Shown: positions 8,721 through 17,689, numbered from the stretch's first letter. The stretch is 48,852 nt of DNA from Candidatus Poribacteria bacterium (GCA_027625215.1 JAQBWJ010000001.1:1-48852), one strand, 5' to 3'. Notes: generated by a model not told the origin, from the sequence alone. A program made the numbers and translations.

Positions 8721-10124
8721 CTATGCCGACGGCTCCGATGTTTCCGACGTTGGTTCTGTCGAGTCCTCAGGCGTTTCCGACTCCTGCGGCACGTTCATCA
8801 TGTTCATACGTTCATCTCGTGATTCCGGCGCTTTCAGCCCAAATCGTTCCATCAACCGCTCGACCTTGGGGTGCTCGCTCTCCGGGATCACGTAGCCCTC
8901 CATCCTCCGCTCCGTCTTCAGGTGGAGTTTCCGCCGGATCAGACTCCCGATCCACTTTGGATTGATCTTCTTGTCGTAGTCGTCCTCGTGCTTCTCCTTG
9001 AACCGCTCCGCGATCTCGCCGACGGAGACGACTTCCTCGCGTTCCCGCAACTCGGCGATCACCTCGAGCAGATGTCCTTCGATGTCCATGCCCTTGTCGG
9101 AGATGTATTGCCGGTGGTACTCCCGCATCGTCGCCTTCAGGTCGGACAGCGTCTCTTCGTCGTCGATGATGCTCAATAGCGGTACGAACACCTGATTCAT
9201 GCGCGGCTCGATCGAGCGATCCACCAAGTCGGGCGAGGCGTGATGCTTCCCAACGTGGCGAAACCGGAACATGAGAAGACGATTGCGGATCGCCGTCGCC
9301 TCGTCCCAGAAAACGTCCGGCAGGTTGATCGGCACGTCGTCCCGAAGCCGCCGCTGTCCCATTTCCTCGGTCAGACACCGGCTTTCCAGCGCGCGGTCGG
9401 CGAAGAGGCTCCGCGTCCCGATCAGTTTTGGACCGTAGACATGGTAGGCGCGCGGGTTGTACTCCTTGCCGTTGGTCGTCTCGCTCCGCAGGACGGGGAA
9501 CCCCTTCGCGTTCCCGTTGTTGAAGATTTTGACAATTTCCGCCTTCTCGTCGGACTGGCGGAAGTCGCCCTCGTCGATCAGCAGCGTTCCCTTGAAGATG
9601 TCGAGGATGCGGAACAACGGCGAGACGGTGGATGCGCCGCTGGCGAAGATCGGCTTGTAGCAGAGGGAGCCGACCGTCAGCAGAAAGCGCGTCTTGCCAC
9701 TGCCGGCGTCACCCAGGACGCGCAGGTAGGGGAGTTCGTTGAAGTCGTCGTAGATCCACGTCAAGAGGACATAGTAGGCGCAGAGCCGCTCGAAGGTCGG
9801 CGTCACATCGACGTAGCCGTGCAGGAAGTCCTGAATCGCCGACAGCAACTCCGCTTCGGAGTCGTATTCGACCGGCTCCGTTGGCAGGAGGACGATCCGA
9901 TTGCGGATCAGGTTGTTCTTCGGCGAATACGGGAGGAGCGTTTCGCCGTTGGGAAGCGCCATCCGATCAAGGAGTTTCCAAGCACCGTCGGTAAAGACCG
10001 CGTAGCCCGATTTTTCGCCGTCGTAGAGCATCTCGCCGACCGTTCCGTCGTCCAGACGGAAAGACGGCGTCACCGTGACGTTCTTATGCTTATAGTCCTT
10101 TGAGGTGATCCGTTTGAGAGCCAT
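8721..10124 (-). CDS. P-loop NTPase of unknown family (possible SF3-like replication helicase)
   Basis: Walker A LGDAGSGKT, Walker B TLLIDEGDF, followed by IFNNGN. Has a winged-helix-like acidic C-terminus. Confidence 0.7.
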   Translation of the reverse strand: MALKRITSKDYKHKNVTVTPSFRLDDGTVGEMLYDGEKSGYAVFTDGAWKLLDRMALPNGETLLPYSPKNNLIRNRIVLLPTEPVEYDSEAELLSAIQDFLHGYVDVTPTFERLCAYYVLLTWIYDDFNELPYLRVLGDAGSGKTRFLLTVGSLCYKPIFASGASTVSPLFRILDIFKGTLLIDEGDFRQSDEKAEIVKIFNNGNAKGFPVLRSETTNGKEYNPRAYHVYGPKLIGTRSLFADRALESRCLTEEMGQRRLRDDVPINLPDVFWDEATAIRNRLLMFRFRHVGKHHASPDLVDRSIEPRMNQVFVPLLSIIDDEETLSDLKATMREYHRQYISDKGMDIEGHLLEVIAELREREEVVSVGEIAERFKEKHEDDYDKKINPKWIGSLIRRKLHLKTERRMEGYVIPESEHPKVERLMERFGLKAPESRDERMNMMNVPQESETPEDSTEPTSETSEPSA

Positions 10125-10133
10125 AGGGTGGGG

Positions 10134-10430
10134 TTAATCGTCGTAACGCACGTCGCGGTGGACGCGATTCGCCCGGTCTTTCAGTTCCTCGATCGCGTAC
10201 ATGAACGTCCGGGCATCGACGAGCGCCTTTGGTCCGATCTGAAACTGTCGCACAAGCTGCATCCGCTCGGCGGCGTCCTTGAAGCCGAATCGGTGCCGTC
10301 CCCAAGCGTCCGTTTCCGCTGTCGAGAGCCACATGCCGTGCGCGACGAGGAACGCGGCAAGATAGAGCGAGTCCGTGTGGAACGTGCCCGGCGTCGTGTA
10401 CGAGGATGGTTGTCGGTCAGGCTTTGTCAT
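10134..10430 (-). CDS. DUF5659-like small protein
   Basis: The real gene is the last 98 codons of track ORF 10134..10922 (start MTKPDRQ). FHTDSLYLAAFLVAHGM...ARTFMYAIEELK fits DUF5659. Confidence 0.65.
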   Translation of the reverse strand: MTKPDRQPSSYTTPGTFHTDSLYLAAFLVAHGMWLSTAETDAWGRHRFGFKDAAERMQLVRQFQIGPKALVDARTFMYAIEELKDRANRVHRDVRYDD

Positions 10431-10744
10431 TGGATAGCTTGGGATGGCTTGTTGCGGCGGGATTCGATCTTCTTCCGCTCCATCCGCACCCCGTCCAGCG
10501 CGCGGCGTCGGATGTCGGGGAACAGGAACGCGACCGGCGCGCAGAGCACGACCTCCAACTTGATCGCCGTCTCGAGGCTGGGAAGCCGTTTGCCGCGTTC
10601 GTAGGCGGAGATGTGCGTCGCGGAGCGGTAGCCGAGCAGTCGAGCGACCTCCCGCTGCGTGTACCCCATCTTCTTCCGATGAATCCAGAGTCGGTTGGCG
10701 GTGAGGGAGCCGGGTTTCGATGTGTTGCGTCGTTGTGCGCACAT
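10427..10744 (-). CDS. XRE-family HTH regulator
   Basis: MGYTQREVARLLGYRSATHISAYERGKRLPSLETAIKLEVVL is an HTH_3 pattern. Start taken at M18 of track ORF 10427..10795. Overlaps the next gene by 4 nt. Confidence 0.8.
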   Translation of the reverse strand: MCAQRRNTSKPGSLTANRLWIHRKKMGYTQREVARLLGYRSATHISAYERGKRLPSLETAIKLEVVLCAPVAFLFPDIRRRALDGVRMERKKIESRRNKPSQAIQ

Positions 10745-10870
10745 GTCGTTCAGAATACCGCACCGACGGAGACAAAAAAGAGGGGAAAAGTTCACGGAGG
10801 CGGGAACATCGGACGGACATCGAGGAGCCGGCGTGAACGCTCGATGCGATTTGACAGACCGCGTTCGACC

Positions 10871-11518
10871 ATGCTATGCCGAGACGCGATGCGAAAAGCG
10901 AGAAAAGGACGCAAACGACCACAAAGAGGACAATCCGTCAACCCATGGCCCGATCTCGTCACGCTGTGGGCGTTGGAGGACGACGGACGACGCCGAGACC
11001 GCGTTCTCGCCCGCCACAGCCTTCTGATGACGGTCATCGAGCGGACATCGCTGGAACGGTTCCGTCAGGCGCTGGGCGATCCTCAAACGGACTGGCGATT
11101 TCACCTCGACGCCGGGATCGGATACGACCTCGACCGCCTTCAGGAGAGGATGGGAACGGCATACGGAACGGGAACGCTGAATCGGAACGACCTGATCGCG
11201 CATACCATGCCGCTCCATGACCGCGCCCTCGAAGCGTTGGGCAACGCGCGGCGAGTCGCTCGACAGGACGGCAACACAGACGAACGGATGAACGTTGGAC
11301 AAGCGCTGCTCGATGCCACCGAAAGCCTCTACGACCGGATCGAACGTGTGATCGACCGGAAGTCCCATGAGCATTTTCTTGCCGACGGACTGTCCAAGAC
11401 CCAAGCGTGGCTGGAGCGTCACGCCGACCATCACGGGAAAGTCGCCGCGCAGCGAGATCGCCTGCGGTCCGCGCAACAGCGTCACAGGGACGACCGCGCT
11501 CCACAGCAACCCGCTTGA
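10871..11518 (+). CDS. Hypothetical protein upstream of the serine recombinase
   Basis: Only the 3' part of track ORF 10406..11518 has strong GC3 bias. Candidate starts are 10844, 10871 and 10889. A TTGACA lies at 10851-10856. Confidence 0.5.
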   Translation: MLCRDAMRKARKGRKRPQRGQSVNPWPDLVTLWALEDDGRRRDRVLARHSLLMTVIERTSLERFRQALGDPQTDWRFHLDAGIGYDLDRLQERMGTAYGTGTLNRNDLIAHTMPLHDRALEALGNARRVARQDGNTDERMNVGQALLDATESLYDRIERVIDRKSHEHFLADGLSKTQAWLERHADHHGKVAAQRDRLRSAQQRHRDDRAPQQPA

Positions 11519-11551
11519 GCGATTTCGTCCGTCTGTTATGCTGAAGCCGAC

Positions 11552-13753
11552 ATGACCCGCTCGACATCGCCCAACCCAACCCTCCGCGCCGCGCTCTACG
11601 CCCGCGTCTCCTCCGAAGAGCAGGCGCGGGGACACAGCCTCGACGCTCAACAGGACAAACTCCAAGAGTTCGCCGCGCGGCACGAGATGACCGTCAACGG
11701 CGAACACGTCTACGTCGACGACGGCTACTCCGGCAAGAACGAACACCGCCCTCACCTGACGCGGCTCTTTCAGGACGCCGAGAAGAAGGCGTTCGACCTC
11801 GTGCTGGTCTACCGACTCGACCGCTTCTTTCGCAACACCCGCCTGCTGCTCGACAGCGTGGAACGTCTGGCACAACTCGGCGTCGGCTTCAAGTCGATCA
11901 CGGAACCGTTCGACACCTCGACGCCGCTGGGCAAATACATGCTGACCAACCTTGGCGCGATCGCGGAACTGGAACGCGGCATCATCTTGGAACGCAAGGA
12001 GCTTGGAACACGGAAAGCTGCCGAAGCGGGCAAATGGATGGGCGGACTCCCGCCCTACGGATACCGGATCGATCCCAAGACGAAGAAACTGGTCGTCGTT
12101 CCCGAAGAGGCGAAGGTCGTGCGAATGCTGTTCCGGTGGCTCATCGACGAGGGGATCAGCCTGTTTCAAATTCAGAAGCGCCTCAACGAACGGCGGATTC
12201 CGACGAAGTTCGATCTGCTTGGGCGCGACAAGCCCACCGGTGCGGTCGGATGGTGGCGGAAATCGACGGCGGGGCGCATTCTCGCGAATGAGACCTACGC
12301 GGGAACCTTTTGGTTTCGGAAGTGGAAGCGTCCCACCTCCGCCCGACGCCCGGAGAACCTCCGTCCGAAGGAGGACTGGGTCGCGATCCCGACGCCCGCG
12401 ATCGTCTCGAAGGAGCGGTTTCAACAGGCGCGGAAGCAGCTGGAGGAAAACTCCAGGAACGCGCCGCGTCGGACGAAACGCGCCTACCTGCTGGCGAAGA
12501 AGCTGCGCTGCGGGCGATGTAGCGGGATGATGTCCGCGCAGTGCCGCGTATGGGGAAAGAACCGGTTGCGGGAATATCGCTACTACGCCTGCTACCGCAC
12601 AAGTCGACAGCACGCCGCCGTGCGCTGTCGTCAGAAGTGCGTCGGCGAGGATCGGATCGCGGTCCCGGTCTGGGACGTGTTGAAGCGGTTGCTGCTCGAT
12701 CCGGACGTGGCGTTGCGCGAACTCGAAGCGGCGAGGTCGGAAGGCGACGCGCGACCGGCGTTGGCGAAGCGGCGGGAAGCCGCCGCGCGGCGGTTGAAAC
12801 AGCTCGACGCGAAGGGAGAGCGATTGCTGGAACTGTACCTTGAAGGCGGCGTCTCCAAGAGCGTCTTCGGGACGCGCAGCCGGGAGATCGAGTCGGAGAA
12901 AGAGTCCCTCGTCCACGAACTGGCGGAGTTGGAACAGTCGCTGGCAGGCGAGGAGGCACAGCGTTTGAAGGCGGCGAGCCTGCGGCAGCTCTACGAGGAA
13001 CTGAACGTGAACGTCGAGAACGCGGACTACGAGACGAAGCGGCAGGTGATCGACCTGCTGATCGAGCGAATCGTCGTTCATGAGGATCGGTTGGAGGTCG
13101 TCCTGATTTCGCCGGACCTGAGCCAAGACCCGCCGAAGGAAGTCCGGCTGCCGCTGAATCCGTCGGGCGGATCGCCTCATTCTGCGGTCCCGTCTCCGCC
13201 GAACGGGAACCATGTCTCTTTGCGTCCACATCGACGAGTGGATTGGGACGCAAAGAGACGTTGGCGCGTCGTCGTCCCGCCGTTGACTCTCTCGGAGGCG
13301 CGTGGTCTCGCGAACAGGCGCTACGGGTTGAAGCGGAACCTGTTCCATCGTGACGGGCGGCTTAAAGCGCGTTTGGGCGGCAAGCCGAAGCGTGAGTACT
13401 CGCTGAAATGGCACTTGGAGCGGTTTCGTTGTCCACAAGCGCGGATGCGGTTTCGGTGCGTCCGGAAGATGATCCTCCAAACAAGCGACTTCAAGGAGGA
13501 GCGCCGCAAGGACTACATCGCCTATATCGATCGCGGACGGTACAACCGGTTCCTGCTGTTCCCGCAGCGCCGGGGATTCCGTCTGGCTATCAAGGGAACG
13601 GACGCAAGGGTCGAGGGCGTACCACGCGGTTCTTGCGACGGCATCCAGACCTTCTTCAACATCTGCGAGGACACGTCGCTGTCCGCCGTCGAGCGCGCCA
13701 TCCGCGAACACGCCGCGCGTCCGTTTCCATGTCTGCCGGAGCCGAAGCGGTAG
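11552..13753 (+). CDS. Large serine recombinase with about 190-aa C-terminal extension
   Basis: AALYARVSSEEQ (catalytic Ser), a recombinase domain, a Zn ribbon (CGRCSG...YYAC...C) and a coiled coil, with canonical homology ending near aa 520 (IERIVVHEDRLEVVL). The ORF then runs on to 13753. Confidence 0.85.
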   Translation: MTRSTSPNPTLRAALYARVSSEEQARGHSLDAQQDKLQEFAARHEMTVNGEHVYVDDGYSGKNEHRPHLTRLFQDAEKKAFDLVLVYRLDRFFRNTRLLLDSVERLAQLGVGFKSITEPFDTSTPLGKYMLTNLGAIAELERGIILERKELGTRKAAEAGKWMGGLPPYGYRIDPKTKKLVVVPEEAKVVRMLFRWLIDEGISLFQIQKRLNERRIPTKFDLLGRDKPTGAVGWWRKSTAGRILANETYAGTFWFRKWKRPTSARRPENLRPKEDWVAIPTPAIVSKERFQQARKQLEENSRNAPRRTKRAYLLAKKLRCGRCSGMMSAQCRVWGKNRLREYRYYACYRTSRQHAAVRCRQKCVGEDRIAVPVWDVLKRLLLDPDVALRELEAARSEGDARPALAKRREAAARRLKQLDAKGERLLELYLEGGVSKSVFGTRSREIESEKESLVHELAELEQSLAGEEAQRLKAASLRQLYEELNVNVENADYETKRQVIDLLIERIVVHEDRLEVVLISPDLSQDPPKEVRLPLNPSGGSPHSAVPSPPNGNHVSLRPHRRVDWDAKRRWRVVVPPLTLSEARGLANRRYGLKRNLFHRDGRLKARLGGKPKREYSLKWHLERFRCPQARMRFRCVRKMILQTSDFKEERRKDYIAYIDRGRYNRFLLFPQRRGFRLAIKGTDARVEGVPRGSCDGIQTFFNICEDTSLSAVERAIREHAARPFPCLPEPKR
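13214..13259. repeat. Perfect 14-bp inverted repeat inside the recombinase ORF
   Basis: gtctctttgcgtcc (13214-13227) and ggacgcaaagagac (13246-13259), with an 18-nt loop. Sits in a stretch of low GC3. Confidence 0.85.
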
Positions 13754-14326
13754 AAACATCGGCATACCGAATCGGGGAAGTTCTCCCCGCTACCGCGCGT
13801 CGGATCGGGATGTCACGATGAGGACATGGAGTTTCAACGGATCGTCCTCATTCCGTTCGATCAGCCGGAAGCGGAGCATCGGCGGCGGGTGCGGGAGGCG
13901 TACTACGTCCTGATGCGCGCAACGGCGCGACACATGGGGAAGACGAACGCGGCGGCATCGTCGGAAGGCGGCGCACCTTCACCACGGCACGATGATCTGG
14001 ACGACGGCGCGGGTCGATGACGGTGACGCCGAGCCGGTGGTAGATGTCCCAGACGATCATGTTCCGCAGGGGGTCGTCTTGCCGACGCCGGATATGCCGA
14101 AACTGGAGATGTGCCGTCGCTCGCCGACTTTGAGAAGGACGCGGCGGGAGCGAATCCAAGCCGCGCCCGTTGTTGTGTATGCGCCCGGCGGCCGAAGTCG
14201 CGCGGACCGGACGTTCCGGGGCTCTCCTTCCGCCTTCGCCGCAGACGGGAAACGAGCGTCGCCCGACATTCTTGGAAGCAAGCGAAGCCGCGAACGGCTC
14301 CGTCCTCTGAAGGATGAGAAGGAAAT

Positions 14327-14438
14327 GGGCGAACAACCCAACCCGAAACCCGATGTTGTTGTTCCAGTTGTTCGGGTGGTTGTTGTTGCGATTCGCGCAC
14401 GCAGCCCTGTCGCGATTGTTGTTCCACGAACCGCCGCG
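14327..14438 (-). repeat. DGR template repeat (TR)
   Basis: 112 nt aligning to 16041-16152 without gaps. The minus strand encodes RGGSWNNNRDRAACANRNNNHPNNWNNNIGFRVGLFA. It lies 47 nt downstream of avd. Confidence 0.9.
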
Positions 14439-14485
14439 CACTACCTCACCGGAAGCCCGACGGTGGAACCCGCCGCGATCCGAGA

Positions 14486-14869
14486 CTACCGTTCGTCTCC
14501 TCCGATCGCAACGCTTTCTTTCGAGATCGTTTGCGCCGATGCGCCGGTCTGCCGAAGCCAACCACCCAGCAAGCGACCGATTTCCTCGATCATTCGGCTG
14601 ACGTGTTCGTATTGACCGGCGGAGAGCCATTTCCATTGATGGGAGAGCCGGAGATAGAGCCGGAGCGTGTTCAAATAGGCGTCCGCCTCGTGTAAGCGGG
14701 CGAGACGTTCCTCGCGCCGGAGCGCGTTCGCGTGGAACAATGCCTCCTGGAAATCGAGGGCGGCGTCCATCAGACGTCGCGTGACGACGAACCGTTGCGC
14801 TTTGGGGAACTTGTCGGCGACGGGAAGAAGCCACGTCAGCAGATCGAAGGTTCGCGCGAATATGACCAT
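14486..14869 (-). CDS. avd: DGR accessory variability determinant (four-helix-bundle protein)
   Basis: [48 protein letters not shown]... is the Avd (23S-IVS four-helix-bundle) pattern. Start taken at M27 of track ORF 14486..14947 (127 aa). Confidence 0.8.
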   Translation of the reverse strand: MVIFARTFDLLTWLLPVADKFPKAQRFVVTRRLMDAALDFQEALFHANALRREERLARLHEADAYLNTLRLYLRLSHQWKWLSAGQYEHVSRMIEEIGRLLGGWLRQTGASAQTISKESVAIGGDER

Positions 14870-15977
14870 CTCTTCCGGCACGACATTCGCCTCGATACTC
14901 GAGTGGGAGAATCTCGTCAACGCCTTCCGCAAAGCCGCGAAGGGCAAGCGCGGACGACCACCTGCCGCGCGGTTCGAGGTCGGCGTTGCCGACCGCCTGA
15001 TCGACTTGCAGCGGGAACTCCGCGATGGAACTTACGCGCCCGGCGCGTACCGTCATTTCTTCATTCACGAACCGAAACGACGGCTCATCAGCGCGGCTCC
15101 CTTTCGGGATCGGGTCGTCCACCACGCGCTCTGCAACCGAATCGAGCCGGTCTTCGATGCCCGCTTCATCCCCGACAGCTACGCGAATCGACGACGTAAG
15201 GGAACCCATGCCGCCCTCGACCGGCTTCAACAGTTCGCCCGCCGTTGGCGATACGTCCTCCGCATGGACGTCGTGAAGCATTTCCCCTCGCTCGACCACG
15301 CGATTCTGACGGACGAAATCGCCCGCGTCGTTCAAGACGAGCGAACGTTGTGGCTTGTCCGTATCATCCTCGACAGCGGCAAGGATACGTTCGCCGACGA
15401 GGTCGAGCCGGTCGTCTTTCCGGGCGACGACCTGTTCGCCGCGCTCCGTCCGCGCGGACTTCCCATCGGAAACCTCACGAGCCAGTTCTGGAGCAACGTC
15501 TACCTGAACCCGTTCGACTGGTTCGTGAAACGCGAACTCCGCTGTCCCGCCTACCTCCGCTACGTGGACGACTTCGCGCTGTTCGGCGACGACAAATCGC
15601 AGTTATGGGAGTGGAAATCCGCCGTCATCGAGCGCCTGCAACGACTTCGCCTGACGATTCACGAATCGCAAGCGCAGGTCGCGCCTGTCAAGGACGGCAT
15701 CCCGTGGCTCGGGTTCGTCGTCTATCCCGACCATCGCCGTTTGAAACGGCGCAACGTCGTGAAGTTCACGCGGCGGCTGCGACGCAACCTCGACCTCTAC
15801 GACAAAGACGCGATCTCTTTCGCGGAACTGGACGCCTCCGTCAAGGGCTGGGTGAACCACGTCCGGTACGCCGACACGTGGGGCTTGCGCCAACACGTTT
15901 TCTCGCGCCATCCGCTTCCTGACCCGCCGAAGCCCAAACCCCGCCGGAAAACACGCAGCCAACGGCTGTATACATAA
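14862..15977 (+). CDS. DGR reverse transcriptase
   Basis: [20 protein letters not shown]-terminus, the DGR hallmark [16 protein letters not shown], and the catalytic YVDDFALFG motif. Start taken at M28 of track ORF 14781..15977. Confidence 0.9.
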   Translation: MTISSGTTFASILEWENLVNAFRKAAKGKRGRPPAARFEVGVADRLIDLQRELRDGTYAPGAYRHFFIHEPKRRLISAAPFRDRVVHHALCNRIEPVFDARFIPDSYANRRRKGTHAALDRLQQFARRWRYVLRMDVVKHFPSLDHAILTDEIARVVQDERTLWLVRIILDSGKDTFADEVEPVVFPGDDLFAALRPRGLPIGNLTSQFWSNVYLNPFDWFVKRELRCPAYLRYVDDFALFGDDKSQLWEWKSAVIERLQRLRLTIHESQAQVAPVKDGIPWLGFVVYPDHRRLKRRNVVKFTRRLRRNLDLYDKDAISFAELDASVKGWVNHVRYADTWGLRQHVFSRHPLPDPPKPKPRRKTRSQRLYT

Positions 15978-16040
15978 CCTTTCGCCAAAATTTTTATGTT
16001 TCAAGAGTTCAGAGTTATCAGAGATCAGAGGATCACTGAG

Positions 16041-16152
16041 GGGCGAACAACCCAAACCGAAACCCGACGTAGCTGTCCCCGCCGCTCGGGAGGGAGCCGC
16101 CGCGATCCGCGCACGCAGCCCAGACGCGAATGACGTTCCACGAACCGCCGCG
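16041..16152 (-). repeat. DGR variable repeat (VR)
   Basis: 22 mismatches to the TR. 20 of them fall on the 28 TR adenines and 2 do not. Encodes RGGSWNVIRVWAACADRGGSLPSGGDSYVGFRFGLFA. Confidence 0.9.
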
Positions 16153-16164
16153 CCGCGCTTTCCA

Positions 16165-17640
16165 CTAATTTGTTGAGTATACATCTGTAATATAAGGGGC
16201 GTACCATTCGTTTAGACACCACTCCCACACGTTGCCGGACATGTCCAACGCTCCGAACGCGGACGCGCCCGAAGGATACGACCCGACCGGCGTTGTCTCG
16301 CCGACTATTCCTGCCACGTTCGCGCGACCTTCTTCCCAGTCGCCCCACGGGTATTCCCGCGCCTCCGCGCCGCCCTGAGCCGCCCACTGCCATTCCCACT
16401 CCGCCGGCAACCGGACTTCCCATTCGACGCCGTTCACCAACAGCCCGCCTGCCGACACATCCGCGTTCTTCGCCCGCATCCGGGCGTTGAGCCAGCGCGT
16501 GTAAGCGACCGCCTGATACCACGTGACTCGCTCGCGCGGAACGTCGGGAAGGTCGTTGAACTGATTCTCCAACGCGCGTTGCGGCGGAGTGTATTGCGCC
16601 GGCATGTCGCGCCACCATTCCGGGTTGTCGAACCCGTCCGCCGATTGGACGAAGGCGTCGTATTGCGCGTTCGTGATCTCGTGCTTGGCGATGTAGAACG
16701 GCTCCACGTCGAACGTTGCGCCGTTTCTGAGCGTAATGCTGCCGCCCGGCGACACCGGCAGGAAGACGATGCCTTCCGACTCGAAGGAGGAGCCGGTTCC
16801 GCCGTTGCTCGGCTTCTCTCCTGATTCGGGGTCTAGTGTCTGCTGAAGGTCGTTCAACGCGACGGATTTATCGGCCTTCGCCTGTTCATTCCGCACGAGT
16901 TGGCCGAGCGCAGCGTCCGTAACAGCAACGGCTCCCTGTTCTAAGATTTCTTCGCCTACGAATACCCCTGCGACGGTCAGCGCTCCGTCGGCGAGTTCGA
17001 GGGCGTGAGCAATCTCCGAATCCGGCGCTTCTTCCTGCGCGATATACATCGCCCCTTTTGTAAGAAATCCCCCGCAGGCCACGACAGCCGCAACGATTCC
17101 TATATGCGGCGGTATAAGAGCAAGCACCCCGCTGAGAACGCAGGACATGGCGCTAAAACCGAGGTGCATAGCAATTAGCTGGCTTTCGGTCGTCCCTTGT
17201 AGAGCAAGCGCTGGAGAGGCCTGGAGATCGTCATGACGTTCGACACCGCGCACCACTTCGGTTGTGCCGTCCGGTCGAAGCACGCCGACATCAACCGTCG
17301 TGTCCGTCCAGTTGTCGAAGAGGAATGTATAGCCTTCGCCGAACGCCTCGATTGGGAGTCCGTCCGAACCCACTTTCATCAAAAGCGATGAGCCGTCGGG
17401 AGTCGTGAACACGCCGCCTGAAGCGGTTGCGCCTCCATCGTCGCTCAACAGAGTGAACGTTTCGCCTGTCTTATAAACGACGAATGCCGGAGCTTTCGGG
17501 TTGTCGGAGACAAACGCCCATGCGTCGGCGTTGTCGATTTCTGCGAAGTCGGAGTTATCTTTGTCTTCGCCGCATGACAATGCCCACATCGAGACCAAGC
17601 AGAACGCCAATACTCCCGCGAGCCATCTCCAGCGCGTCAT
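16165..17640 (-). CDS. DGR target: exported FGE-sulfatase/C-type-lectin-fold protein, ORF as it stands (stops at TAG before the VR)
   Basis: Signal or lipobox-like N-terminus (LVSMWALSC). The C-terminal half has FYIAKHEITNAQY...VTWYQAVAYTRWL...GNVWEWC. The same frame continues after the TAG at 16165-16167 through the VR to a TGA at 16033-16035. Confidence 0.85.
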   Translation of the reverse strand: MTRWRWLAGVLAFCLVSMWALSCGEDKDNSDFAEIDNADAWAFVSDNPKAPAFVVYKTGETFTLLSDDGGATASGGVFTTPDGSSLLMKVGSDGLPIEAFGEGYTFLFDNWTDTTVDVGVLRPDGTTEVVRGVERHDDLQASPALALQGTTESQLIAMHLGFSAMSCVLSGVLALIPPHIGIVAAVVACGGFLTKGAMYIAQEEAPDSEIAHALELADGALTVAGVFVGEEILEQGAVAVTDAALGQLVRNEQAKADKSVALNDLQQTLDPESGEKPSNGGTGSSFESEGIVFLPVSPGGSITLRNGATFDVEPFYIAKHEITNAQYDAFVQSADGFDNPEWWRDMPAQYTPPQRALENQFNDLPDVPRERVTWYQAVAYTRWLNARMRAKNADVSAGGLLVNGVEWEVRLPAEWEWQWAAQGGAEAREYPWGDWEEGRANVAGIVGETTPVGSYPSGASAFGALDMSGNVWEWCLNEWYAPYITDVYSTN

Positions 17641-17689
17641 CGCTCCGTCCTCCCGTCCGGTGTGTCGTGAACGAACACATCAGTAGACT

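Noticed and set aside
10874-13765. 963-aa minus-strand ORF. Similar long ORFs are 13848..15335(-), 2130..3611(+), 291..1265(-), 9240..10103(+), 22831..23976(+) and 43238..43972(+).
   Set aside because: These are antisense or out-of-frame shadows of genes with clear domain signatures, as expected in GC-rich DNA. Their translations are Arg/Pro/Gly-rich and lack motifs.
13826-14020. 64-aa plus-strand ORF between the recombinase and the TR.
   Set aside because: It has no motif, no ribosome-binding site and weak coding bias.
13850-14341. Possible degraded P-loop gene downstream of the TR. It reads ...GISGVGKTT in ORF 14057..14341(-) and continues as LRNMIVWDIYHRLGVTVIDPR in another frame across a C5 run.
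   Set aside because: The only evidence is a Walker-A-like motif plus a short plausible stretch. The rest is not protein-like. This is too weak to call, and the region may instead be the DGR RNA spacer.
16165-16167. TAG reassigned as a sense codon genome-wide.
   Set aside because: TAG ends several well-supported genes here (842, 13753, 19666, 44951), so general recoding is unlikely. Local readthrough remains possible.
16153-16170. Extension of TR/VR homology upstream through a shared TAGTG pentamer.
   Set aside because: Only 5 nt match, and the flanks on both sides are unrelated. This is treated as coincidence.
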